A stretch of DNA of 63,611 bases, counting the filler, from Octopus bimaculoides (Eukaryota): NCBI RefSeq assembly GCF_001194135.2. It is 8 parts of 7 records of this genome, joined end to end, with 100 filler letters (N's around TTAATTAATTAA, not from the genome) between each part and the next. Parts side by side here need not be neighbours in the genome. Positions count along the whole stretch, not along the records: positions 1 to 28,658 come from NC_068993.1; 7 more parts are not named here. One strand, given 5' to 3'. The first letter of the stretch is position 1, and each line of letters starts with the position of its first letter. Shown one piece after another: positions 11,931 through 24,345 of the stretch. Position numbers and translations under genes: made by a program. The notes beneath the pieces were generated by a model. That model saw only the letters and a program-made list of their open reading frames with translations, was not told where the DNA came from and did no database searches.

Positions 11931-12859
11931 TCACGCTTGAAATATCAAATGCCTCTTTTCCACACAGAGCACGGATTAAACGAAACGTACTAGCTACTTG
12001 TAAATTTTCGTAGGTTTAAAATGGCGAATTTAGAAAAGTTTATTAGCTTTCACTTTGAACACTCCCTTCTATCGTCAATCATTTACAGCTACAGCTTTTA
12101 ACGTCTGATATACCATGGCAATTTTTAAGTATTCTTTCGTTAAAGTATTTTTCGACTCAACAATTATAAATCTTTCGTTTGCAAAATAGCTCTTGGCAAA
12201 GGAAATTATTAATATTTCAAAGTGAATGAGTCACGTATTTATGGTAATAAAACAAACTAGCGCTGGACATTAATTTTCTTACAGACGATTCCTTTTACCG
12301 ACATATTTAGATATATTGGCATATTTATTTGTAATTTTATTTTTCAACATTTCCAATATTCACTAAAAGTCATCCAGATAATGAAAAATATACAAAAATA
12401 GTATGAATTATCAAAGTAAATAGAATTAATACAAAACAGAAGGAATTACATTGAAGACGGTTCGTAAGTTTCATTTTCTAATGGTGATTCTTTTGTTCTT
12501 CCTCCCTGTGAATCTCTCTCCCTCGCTGGTTGATTCAAGTTTTTCGATTTTCGCCTATTTATGTATATAAACACTCACACAAACATATACTACATTATAT
12601 ATATTTCACTAACACATACATACATGTGTATGTATGTGTAGGCGTGTGTGAAATTAATACACATGTACATACGCGTATGTTTATACACATATACGTTTGT
12701 GTTTATATGTATACTCATGTATATATACATACATACACATACATATACATACATATACATACACACATATATATATGCACATGTGTATACATATATGCAT
12801 ATATACAGATGCATATGTGTGTGTGGGTGTATATATGCATTTTTTCTCTCTCCGTTTTT

Positions 12860-13015
12860 TTTCCAATCACTCCATTTTCCCCTCTTAATCCTTTCTGTCG
12901 AAGAGCGTAGGCTTGAAACGTAAAAGACTTTCCCTTTTTTCCAGAGCGTTAGACTAATACATCGGCTTGTTGTTCCTACATCTGTCTTCGTCTTTTCTTT
13001 TCTGTAAATTTGAAC
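12860..13015 (+). mobile_element. PLE-terminal/retrozyme-like repeat with hammerhead variant, copy 1
   Basis: CTTT-CTGTCGA-A-GAGC-gtag-GCTT-GAAAC-GT-A-AAAG at 12891-12926; flanks are homologous to 15545-15692. Confidence 0.7.
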
Positions 13016-13031
13016 TACACACACACACACA

Positions 13032-13131
<100 letters not shown>

Positions 13132-13243
13132 CACACACACACCCATATACATATACTTACACATACGTATAAATGCATACACTTATGCATACATAAAAAT
13201 ATATACCCTTTTCATGCATGCATAGAAACGTACATACTATATT

Positions 13244-14484
13244 CAGGGGTTGGACAAAATAATGGAAACATCTAGCATCGTAGAATCATAATTTTGAAAT
13301 ATCTATAAAACCATCAAAAGCTTGTTTATTTTTATGGTTTTTGATTTATCATTAGTGTTGCTTAATATGTTTTGCTAAAATCGCTGCTTCTTTTCAAGTA
13401 TCACCAGAAAAAGGTAATCAAAATTCACTAAAATGACAGATCTATTGGACTTTCAAAGAGGTAACATTTTTGGTGCTCGTATGACAGGCGCTAGCGTTAC
13501 GGAAACAACCGAAATGTTTGGTGTATCAAGAAGTACTTTCTCGAAAGTAATGACAGCCTTTGAGAAAGGGGGAAAAACCTCCTCGTCGAAACAAAACTCC
13601 AGCAGAAAACCAAGACCTTCTGATAGGGACCGTCGGGCTCTTACGGGAATTGTTTGAAAGGATCCCAAAAGTACAGATCCCAAAATTACTGCAGAGCTTA
13701 ATGACCACCTCGAGAACGCAGTTTCCAAAAATCTGTTCGCCGGGAGCTGCACAAAGCTGGATTTCACGGGAGGGCTGCAATCAGAAAACCACTACTTTCA
13801 AAAACAAACGTTGCAAAGCGTTTAGAGTGGAGTAAAAACCTACAGAATTGGTCCCAAGAGCAGTGGAAGAATGTTATTTTCTCGGACGACTCATCCTTTA
13901 CCTTATTTCCGACCACAGGCCGAGTATACGTGTGGAGACTCAGACTGCCTTCTTCCAACTGTTAAACATGGAGAAGGATCTGTGATGATCTGGAAATCTG
14001 CCAGCCCAATGGTTTCCCTTCAACGCAGAATTAATAGTCAAGACTATTTAAGCATTTTATCTGACCAAATTCATCCTATGGTTGCGGAACTGCTTCAGGA
14101 GGGAAACGCAATCTTTCAGGATGATAATGCACAATTCACACAGCTAAAGTTGTTACTGAATTGCACGAAGAACATTCTAGTGAAGTTGAACATTTTATCT
14201 GGCCAACACAATCTTCAGATCTCAATATTATTGAACATTTATGGTACATTTTAGAAAAACAAGTAAGGAGTCAATATCCTTCACCACCATCACTACAAGA
14301 ACTGGAGACTGTTTTAGCTGAAGAATGGACAAAATAATTCCTTTGGAAACAATTCAAACTTTGTACAAGTCCGTGTCTCATAGAATTCAAACTGTAATTA
14401 CTGCCAAAGCGGTCCTTCCCTATATTAAAATGAATTTGTTTGTTTGAAATTTTAAGGTGTTTCCGTTATTTTATCCAACCCCTA
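13244..14484 (+). mobile_element. Near-full-length degraded Tc1 transposon (DD34E)
   Basis: ~26-bp TIRs caggggttggacaaaataatggaaaca. The frameshifted transposase includes paired-like HTH, VIFSDDS, TVKHGEGSVMIW, FQDDNA, WPTQSSDLNIIEHLW. Confidence 0.95.
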
Positions 14485-15004
14485 TATATTACTGCTTTCA
14501 GTTTGTATGTTATCATATGTGGATTACCACAATGCTTCGATGAATGAAAGTTCAGCAAGACACACCTTTGGCTGCATGACACTTGGTTTACTGATAAACC
14601 TGCACGATGATTATTATCATAACATTGGGTATGGTTTCTGTAGAGCAAATCTCACTTCTCATCTTTCAAATTTGTATTTGGCAGGTGCAACTAGTGTCAC
14701 GAGCCCAGTACTTATCAGGATGCAAGGTTTGTATGGAGTTACATTTTTGTAGATGACTAGCTAAAGAAATGAAGGGTTTTAACTGCCCTGGCTCTGAAAA
14801 GTTGTCTGTGAGTGACGTTCCGGAGGCAATTCCGTGACCGGCTAATTAAGCCATAGCCGACTATTTCGACTATTTCGGGTCATAGTAGACTTAGGAATAA
14901 TAGCCGGTAAGAGGTAGTTCCGTTCTCCTCAAACCATTGAACTCCTGAACCAAGGTCTCAATACCGGATGCAGTAAAAACTCATACTTAGGAGAAATATA
15001 GCGA

Positions 15005-15290
15005 TATGTAACTTTAATTCTCAGTCTGATGAAATACTAATATTTATCTACATGTATAACTATGTAACTCCTATCGGCAATGCAACATATGTAATAGAGA
15101 TTAAATAACAACAATTTATTTTCAGTTTTCTGTTTTAACATGCAATTACTCTGCAATAAATATTTTCCACCATTAACCAGTTTTTTTCAGTATTTTCAAC
15201 GCTCACATTAATCATAATATCTACAAATATTCTTTGGAGAACTGGAATATGCACATGTACTTCATGAAGTCGAAGCTTGGATTATAACCC
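15005..15290 (+). pseudogene. Decayed coding segment, paralog 1
   Basis: Aligns with 17262-17553 in a plus frame (TPIG..YVI, QFSVLTCNYSAINIF, NHNIYKYSLENWNMHMYFMKSKLGL*), with synonymous third-position differences and a shared terminal stop. Confidence 0.5.
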
Positions 15291-15333
15291 TATCTACATA
15301 CTATGTATATGTCATTATACACACACACACACA

Positions 15334-15383
<50 letters not shown>

Positions 15384-15544
15384 CGTAGATATAATAAAAG
15401 GGAGAAGAATTTCGATTATCCCCACGTGAATTTTCCACCGGGTCATCGTCATTATCTTCCTTTCAGTCAACCTCTTTCTTCTGGCTATTTCACTTTGTTG
15501 AACCATTAATCTCTACACATTTTTCTTTTTATCACTCTCCATTT

Positions 15545-15692
15545 TTTTCATTCTCACTCCTTTTTCCCCCTCTTAATCCTTTCTGTCGAAGGGCGTAGGA
15601 TCGAAACATAAAATACTTCTCCATTCTTTCTGAGCGTTACACTAATACACCTGCTTGTTGTTCCTACACCTGTATTCGTCTTTTGTATCTGT
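15545..15692 (+). mobile_element. PLE-terminal/retrozyme-like repeat with hammerhead variant, copy 2
   Basis: CTTT-CTGTCGA-A-GGGC-gtag-GATC-GAAAC-AT-A-AAAT at 15579-15614. Confidence 0.65.
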
Positions 15693-16093
15693 AGTGAAAT
15701 ATTTCAACGGCTAAAAGGAAAATTCAGTTCAATTATTGCGGTGAAAATTTTCTGTTATGGTAAAAAGGTGTAAAAGCATCATATCTGTCCAGTGTCGACG
15801 CTTGTCAGGATTCCCAGGCATCGATGTTTCTAGCTCCTTAGTCGTTGTCAAAAGGAAATACCTAATACAGTCAACTCTGGACAAACTTTATCAATGCTAT
15901 ATCTTTGATAAGGTCGCTAACTTATGTAAGTGTATATGTGTGTGGAGGTGGATGTATGTATGTATATATATTTTATGTATAAATATATGTGAATCTATGT
16001 ACATACATGCATGTTTGTATGTATGCATGTGCGCATATATATACATGTGTCTGTACAGTTGTAGATGTTTGAGTATGGATGAGTATATGTTTA

Positions 16094-16970
16094 CCTAGTC
16101 TGATCAATAAGTATCCGGCCTGTTGCTATAGTAACGAAGCTAAAGCACGGAAAGTCAAACCGCTTGACACAGATTGACATTAAACCCTGTTGGGCATGCA
16201 TACTAAGTTTTAACGTTCTAGCTATCTTCTGCTGTTTACAGCAATGCTTTGAAGGAAGGTGTGTGACGTCTGATCGTCATATTGACCATGAAAGTGAAAG
16301 CTGAGCGGAGAATCTGCATCAAATTTTGCCAAAAGCTTGGCGATATCTGCTCAGTGGTCTACGCAAACTTTTCAAAAAGTTTTCATCATTCTCGACACTA
16401 TCAAGGAGATCTTGTGCAGCTGAAACCCGAGTGTCAATTTGGTCGGCTGAAAGCACTTTTGGCATAAACTTGGCAGACATGCGTCTCATACCTAAATCTT
16501 CAGCGATAATGGACTGACCTGAACCTTAACTAATCTGCACATCCTCTGATAATTCACAGATGGTGATTCAACAATTTCTCCTCACAGTTGTATGTACATT
16601 TGCGATGTTTTTCTGAATTGTGCTGATTGCGGGTCTCTCAAAATTTTCGTCAATATCGACATTTTTTGGCCATCTTGGAAACATCTGAACTACTCGTACA
16701 CTTTTGTGCGGCTTACACACTCCTCTCTATATACTTTCTGCAACTCTTCGTATGTCTCTGAGCACGTATCACCATGACAACCTTCTCTGTCATAGTTAAT
16801 GCGACGATCACACGCTACACACCTTCCTTCTAAGCACTGCTATAAACAACAAAAGTGAGCTAAAACGTTAAAACTTAGTGCGCATGCACAGCAGAATTCA
16901 AGGTCAATGTTTGTCAAGCGGCTTGACTGATCGTGTTTTAGCTTTGTTACTATGGCAATAGTCCGGATAA
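16094..16970. mobile_element. Fold-back mariner derivative made of two 5' ends
   Basis: Plus arm 16094-16370 carries TIR + 5'UTR + start of transposase (EQRICIKFCQKLG-like). Minus arm 16364-16970 carries the same 5'UTR + transposase up to RRMSAKFMPKVLSADQ...ENDENFLKSL. Confidence 0.85.
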
Positions 16971-17261
16971 GATATCTATGCACATGCATGTATATATCTA
17001 TGTGTGTGTGTATGTGTATATGTGTGTATATATATATATTAATATATATATGCATATGCATATATATGCATGTGTGTACATACATGCATATATATTTATA
17101 TATCTCTCTGTGTGTATGTATTTTACATCTGTCTCTAACACACACACTCTCTCTATAGGTGAAATAATATTTACTTTACTTTTGTTTCTCTTATCTAACT
17201 ATATGACTCCTGATTAATATCCAGTAAAATGTATGTGTACATAGATCTAATGAAAGATTTT

Positions 17262-17553
17262 ATTATTTTAATTCTCTGCCTGATGGATTACTATTGGAAA
17301 ATTTAGTATGTTTTTCCACATGTGTATATGGGCTTAACTCCTATTGGTAAAGATAAGTATGTAATATGAAATAAAGAATACAAAATTATCCAGTTCTCTC
17401 TTTTAACATGTAAGTTCTCTGCAGTAAATACTTTCCAGTATTTAACAATATTCTCCGGTATTTTCACCTTTCATTCAAATCATAACACCACCGGATATAC
17501 TTTGGAGACATGGAATACACAGATGGGCTTCATGAGGACACAACGTGCATTAT
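17262..17553 (+). pseudogene. Decayed coding segment, paralog 2
   Basis: HVYMGLTPIGKDKYVI*NKEYKIIQFSLLTCKFSAVNTFQYLTIFSGIFTFHSNHNTTGYTLETWNTQMGFMRTQRAL*; one internal stop in about 80 codons. Confidence 0.5.
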
Positions 17554-17556
17554 AAC

Positions 17557-17557
17557 C

Positions 17558-17627
<70 letters not shown>

Positions 17628-17745
17628 GTCTGTCTGTCTGTCTGTCTAGATACACGTATATCAATATGAATGTATGTATGTATGTATGTATGTATGTATG
17701 TATGTATGTATGTATGTATGAATGTATGTATGTATGTATATATAA
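17557..17745. repeat. (TATC)n/(TGTC)n/(TATG)n compound microsatellite
   Basis: Direct inspection. Confidence 0.95.
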
Positions 17746-18950
17746 NNNNNNNNNNNNNNNNNNNNNNNNNNNNNNNNNNNNNNNNNNNNNNNNNNNNNNN
17801 NNNNNNNNNNNNNNNNNNNNNNNNNNNNNNNNNNNNNNNNNNNNNNNNNNNNNNNNNNNNNNNNNNNNNNNNNNNNNNNNNNGTATATCAATATGAATGT
17901 ATGTATGTATGTATGTATGTATGTATGTATGTATGTATGTATGTATGAATGTATGTATGTATGTATATATAACAACCACCTGTGTACATAAACATTTGTT
18001 TTTTTGGAAGCGTCGAATATGTATCGCACAATACAGACAAGAAAGTAATATTCCGAACTCAGTATCGTCGTTAAAACAGCAGAAAAATTGAATTGGTTAT
18101 TGTTACCCTTACACGGCGAAAAAGTTGTCAACAAACATCCATGGCAGTCGAAAGACGTAAAGGGTGCCATCGTGACGATAGGCATACCTTGGATCTTTTT
18201 ACATCTGAAAGAGCAGACAATTTTCTTGTACTGATCCCATGAGATTTAGACGGTAAGACTGAGGATCAGCGACAAAACCAAAGAAGAAGAGAAAATTCAT
18301 CTCATTACAGTACGATCTCGAAAGTAGAGAAAGGTAAAGTAGACCTCGGAGACATTTCAACTCAGACGGGAAAGAGCAAATATACCGTAAATCAATCGAT
18401 TCAGGGCACACGCATACGTACATACTCGCACACAGCCTCGCGCGCACATGTATATATGTTGATAACCTATATATATATGTTGTTTTGTTGAGTAACTTTT
18501 TCAGTTTCCATCTACCAAATCCACTCACTATAAATGAAGACAGCTGCTCATGGTCCACGTATTAGGATTGAAACCGGAAGCATGTGGTTGAGAGACCATA
18601 ACTGTATCTATATACACAAGCATACATATATACGCGCGCACACACACACACACACATATACACACATGCACACACATATATACTTACATATATACATACA
18701 TATATACACATACATATGTATATATGTATATGTATGTATATATATGCGTGTGTGTATATTTGTGTGTGCGTGTTTGGTTGGAGGTGGTTAGGGGGTGTGT
18801 GGGAGGGGCTACCAGAAGAATGGGAGCAAGCTGGAACATATAAGGATCTAGGCAATGAATTAAAAACCAGCATATTTTCTTCGAAAGATCACGCTGGGCC
18901 GGCAAGAACCAGCTTTAGACATATATGTATATAATAAATACATTGGTATA

Positions 18951-19157
18951 TTCTTTTCTACTCTAGGCACAAGGCCCGAAATTTTGGGGAAGGGGCTAGT
19001 CGATTAGATCGACCCCAGTATGCAACTGGTACTTAATTTATCGACCCCGAAATGCAAAGTCGACCTCGGCGGAATTTGAACTCAGAACATAAAGACAGAC
19101 GAAATACCGCTAAGCATTTCGCCCGGCGTGCTAGCGTTTCTGTCACCTCGCCGCCTT
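18951..19157 (-). mobile_element. Full-length tRNA-derived SINE family M
   Basis: Minus strand: ggcggcgaggtgacagaaacg (A box)...gagttcaaattcc (B box)...tttcggggtcgataaattaagtaccagttg central domain...agtagaaaag. Confidence 0.9.
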
Positions 19158-19422
19158 AAAATACATTGCTATATTAGAATGAGAATGAATCTAGCGGAGG
19201 AAAGGAGCAAGCTTACTGTTGAAAGTTTTGAAAGTCCGTCAGTGAGTGACTGGCACGACTGACTGAAGAATGTTTTCAATGATGATAATGATAGCCCAAA
19301 ACTAAAAATAAAATAACAACCCTAGTAAGAAGCATTAACTCTCACGCTGCCCTTCAATATATTTAAGCTCTCAACTTCTATAACTGTACATACATGTTTT
19401 AAAGTCTGTTGTGTTCCCTCTC

Positions 19423-19429
19423 GCGGACC

Positions 19430-19502
<73 letters not shown>

Positions 19503-19510
19503 CCTCTCTC
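19423..19510. repeat. (CT)n microsatellite
   Basis: Direct inspection. Confidence 0.95.
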
Positions 19511-19829
19511 TTTTATTTATTTGTATATTTTTCCAACCACCGAGTCACAGGCGTCAGGTGTCCGGCCGTCGGCGACTAAACCGGCAACTCCACAGAGCTT
19601 ACTTTGTGAGGTGGGTGCTTTTCTTGCTATTTGGTCACCTTGCAAGATTAAATATATGACCTGTTAAAGGGAGAATGAACTCTGAATGGTCAATGGCCAT
19701 CCAAATAAGAACTCTCGTTATTAGCAGTGCTACCTATTAAACACTCACTCGCTTAAGACAACAGCAATAATAAAAACCCCTGCTGCCTTGCGGTAATACC
19801 CACATAAAGTTAAGGTTTCGGGGGTAAAC

Positions 19830-21190
19830 CCCGAGGATAAATCCGGAACCGGAGTCCCTAAGGCAGTTCAAAGCTGTAGACAACCTCGTACGAAGTCGTA
19901 TCGGCCCCCGCCCTTCCCTTGGATAACACTGGTAGTGATGGAGAGGGGAGACGTGCTGCATGGGCAACTGCCGATTTCCCATGAAAAACTGCTCAGGCCT
20001 GTGGCCCGGGCAGGACACTCCAACGCCGTCTAACCACGGCGGCAAAAACGGAAAGCAGCAGTCTACCGGATTTAAGCCTGCACATAATTGGTGTAAGAGT
20101 AAGGTGCCAAAGGCTGCTTTCGACGGAGAGAGGCCATTGTGCCTCACTGGACAGCTACCGTCCGCCTCAAGCTTGGCAGCCCCCAGCCAGTTAGGTGCTG
20201 TCTCATCACAGCTCACCTGCTTCACTGGCTGTGTGGGACATAGAGAAACTAATATCCTGAATCGTGGTCAGTAAACACTGCACCAAGAAAAACAAACAGA
20301 CAAGCAAACAAACAACCGCAAGAAATCAACATTCAGACTCAGATGTTGGAACATAAGGACCATGACAACTGGTCTGCCAGAGGATCTTCAAAAGGTCAGT
20401 GATACACACAAGACAGCAGTGATCAACAACCAACTGCTACGATTCCGAGTGGACATTGCAATACTCCAGGAAACGGGGCTCCCGGATTTAGGGACCTTCG
20501 TGAAAGAGAGTATACTTTTTTTCAAGCAACAGAAAGGCGTAGATGAAGCCAGAGAGCATGCTGTCGGCTTTGCTTGTGAGGATCTCTCTGCTGAAGTTGG
20601 TAGAACACAGTAGCGACGGTTCGGAGCGGATTGCACACTTCTGATGGACCTTTCAATCTTATCAGTGTTTATGCCCCAAACCTCTATTCCACACAAGACG
20701 CCCCGGATATGTTCTGCGATCAGGAAAATACAGACCATCCCAAATGGAAAGCAACTAGTGATACTTGGAGACTTCAACGCCAGAGTGGGAGCTGATCATG
20801 ACTTCTGGCCAGGGTGTCTTGGTCACTACGGAGTTGGCAACATGAATGAAAATAGGCAACGGTTGCTTGAGATCTGTATGCTCCATAGACCATGTGTCAC
20901 CAACACCTTCTTCCAGTCGTAGGCTCAACACAGGGTCTTCTGGCGTCACCCTCGCTCAGGGCGCTGGCACCAGATAGATCTGATCATCACAAGACGCACC
21001 CTCTTGAGGAATGTGCTTTCGATTTGGTCTTTTCAGAGTGCTGATTGTGATACAGACCACTCCCTGGTCTGCAGCAATCTCAAACTCCAACCAAAAACAA
21101 TGCACTGCACCAAGCCTCCCATCAATGCTACTGCAACCCAGCTGCCAGCTATGATCGATGCATTCTTCAAATCCAGTACAGATTCTTAAT
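19830..21190 (+). mobile_element. RTE-clade LINE 5' portion (GC-rich 5'UTR + AP endonuclease), 3'-truncated
   Basis: APE motifs CWNIRTM, DIAILQET, VILGDFNARVG, VTNTFF, HQIDLII, DCDTDHSLV across frameshifted ORFs 20362-21189. Confidence 0.92.
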
Positions 21191-21246
21191 GGTACAAAAC
21201 GTTGCTTACTTTTTACTCGACCTCATAAATACATATACACTTATAA

Positions 21247-21298
<52 letters not shown>

Positions 21299-21339
21299 GC
21301 AGACACATACTTACACGCATATATACACAGCACTTCTCA

Positions 21340-21700
21340 ATTTCATTGTTCGGGTCCTGTACCTTTGCATGATACTTGGGCAATTGTCTTCTACTATAGC
21401 CTCGAGTCGACCGAAACATGTCAGTGGATTTGATAGACGGAAACAGAAACGCCATCGTATATGTATGTACGTACATGTATATATTTATGCGTGTGTACAT
21501 TTGTGCTTGTGTTTGTTCATCCCCCAACTTGACAACCGGTGTTAATTTGCTTACGTCCAGGGACTCGTAGGTTCGGCAGAAACAGTCTAATAAAATAAGT
21601 ACGAAACTTAAAAATAAGCATTAGGGTCGAATTGTTGACTAAAACATTCAGGTCAGTGCTGAACATTGCCGCAGTCCAATGCCTAAAACAAGTAAACGAT
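21340..21700 (+). mobile_element. Degenerate SINE family A with internal microsatellite
   Basis: Head cttgggcaattgtcttctactatagcctcg, then a TATG run, then the tail ending aaacaagtaaa. Confidence 0.75.
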
Positions 21701-21929
21701 GCAGTGAACTCTTGGCTTCATGGGAGCCGTTATTCCGACACTCAACTAAGAGTCTGCTGCATCCTATGGCAGAAACCGCTTTAAGCTGATGAAATTCATA
21801 ACATAACCATTGTTTTTCCTGTGCCATCTTTTTTTCTCATTACCACTCTATACTCATCAAACACTTTGTTCTGAAACATACGTATATAGAGTTCTACACC
21901 AGGTCTGGCAATGCCTAAGTGAAATATTG

Positions 21930-22046
<117 letters not shown>

Positions 22047-22537
22047 TAAAGTACATTTTGGTGTCAGCAATTAAAGTGCATTTGACCACACACATACAAA
22101 CAAGTACACGAATATACACATATGCAAGCACATACAAGTATATGAGTATGTCTCTTTTTTGCATACACACGTACTTCACTGCATATATCATATCACATAC
22201 TATAAATGTGTTTATTTTGTTTCTAATAACCTACTTACACATTCCCCATATATANNNNNNNNNNNNNNNNNNNNNNNNNNNNNNNNNNNNNNNNNNNNNN
22301 NNNNNNNNNNNNNNNNNNNNNNNNNNNNNNNNNNNNNNNNNNNNNNNNNNNNNNNNNNNNNNNNNNNNNNNNNNNNNNNNNNNNNATATATATATATATA
22401 TATATATATACTATACACCACGAGCAGACTGCAGCATATAATAGTGATCGTTGGTGAATTGTTTCTCAAGAGTAATGGATAGGCTCATAAAGGGACTATA
22501 ATTCTGTATTAAATAAAACAAGCAATTATTATCATAA

Positions 22538-22539
<2 letters not shown>

Positions 22540-22569
<30 letters not shown>

Positions 22570-22620
22570 TTAATTATCATTATCATTATCGTTACTATTA
22601 TTATCGTTATTATTATTATT

Positions 22621-22679
<59 letters not shown>

Positions 22680-22686
22680 TACCATG

Positions 22687-22752
<66 letters not shown>
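22540..22752. repeat. Compound (GAT)/(ATC)/(ATT)n microsatellite
   Basis: Direct inspection; source of the poly-I/poly-M ORF artefacts. Confidence 0.95.
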
Positions 22753-22757
<5 letters not shown>

Positions 22758-23580
22758 GGTAAAGTGGAATACAATTTCTTGAGTGGTTGTTTGCGATTGT
22801 AATGGTCTAATACAGATTTGTATATCCCTGTAGTACTTCAATGCGATTTGATTATTCCTCCCACCATAAATACTACATCATGGATCAGGTGTATCATTGA
22901 ACGAGTGCAAGATTCATGTTTTACGGAGGTGGAAATCACCAATTCACACACTGTTCACATATAGACATTCAACGCATCAACAAAACTTTTTGCCGGCTAA
23001 TTTTCGATATAGTGAATGCATTTTTCTGTATTTCAATGTAAAAGGAGCTTCATATTAAACCAGTTAATATGCAGCTTCCTCTACTTTATCGCAGTATCAT
23101 ATCAAAAGTGTGACTGTTTAGTGAAGTTTGCTTCCGAAATACATAGTTCTGGGTTCAATCCCACTTCATGGTATCTTGGACAAGAGTTTTCTACAATAGT
23201 CTGGGTTTACCAAATCTATGTGAGTCGATTTGGTAGAAGGAAACTGAAAGAAGCCCATCGTGTATACATACATAATGCACACACACACACACACACACGA
23301 TCTAAATAATCTAAATAATAAGACAAAGAAATCTTTTTACACATTTTTAATGATTCGTTACAATTGTTTCTGTACCAACTCTTCTTGCAACACTAGTTTA
23401 CGCAAAAATTCGAAGTGAAATTTTCGCCACATCCACAGGACAGCTTTACCGTCGTGAAACGGGGATTTTCTTTACTTGAAGAATTTCAGTATTAGTCTGG
23501 AATCCGACAGTGTTGATAGCTCAGAACTCGAGTTGAGTGCTTCTCAGGAAATACTCTACCTTTTTACCCTCCACGGAACT

Positions 23581-23695
<115 letters not shown>

Positions 23696-23989
23696 TAGGT
23701 CATTCTTTTACCGAACATTGTTACAATAGACGGTCTTTTATATCATTTGTATCAATTATTCCTAATATATGCTCCTTAGTACCAGTATTTTCATCTTAAG
23801 GGATTTTGTCCAAGAAGTTACAGTTAAATCTGCCGAAAATCAATCTTCGTGATACAAACCCTCAGCCAAATTTCAGGTAATTTCTGAAAAGTAGCTTATA
23901 AGTAGCCTTGTTTCAGGCCGAGTGTTACTATCCCATTGTATATATTTTGCAGGATTATTTTTACCATAAAATAAATACATATTTAGAAC

Positions 23990-24345
23990 ATCTCTGAGGT
24001 TTGACAATGTTTGAAGTGGTTGTACCACTTATTGATCTGAGCTTTGCCCATGTCATTATCGCCAAAGGCCTGCTGAAAGTGGATGGTTTGAGTCTGAATA
24101 TTACAAAGCCTTTGGCAAAACTTGATGCAATATTTCTGCTTCGGTGGAAACGAAAATCCGACGAGTGCGCACTACACGCGTGTACTCCGAGCATAACAGA
24201 CGAGAACTGATTCGGTCTACCAGCGCAAATATTTTCGCGCATGCACAAGAAAGGTACCATCACCTTCCACCCAAAGGATTTTGCCCTCGTGGCATTAGTT
24301 TTGGTGAAAAAATTATGAAGTCGGATACTTTTTGAACGCACCTCG
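23990..24345 (-). mobile_element. Mariner 5' fragment
   Basis: TA|cgaggtgcgttcaaaaagtatccgac TIR at 24345; minus frame YCIKFCQRL...QQAFGDNDMGKAQINKWY. Confidence 0.8.
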
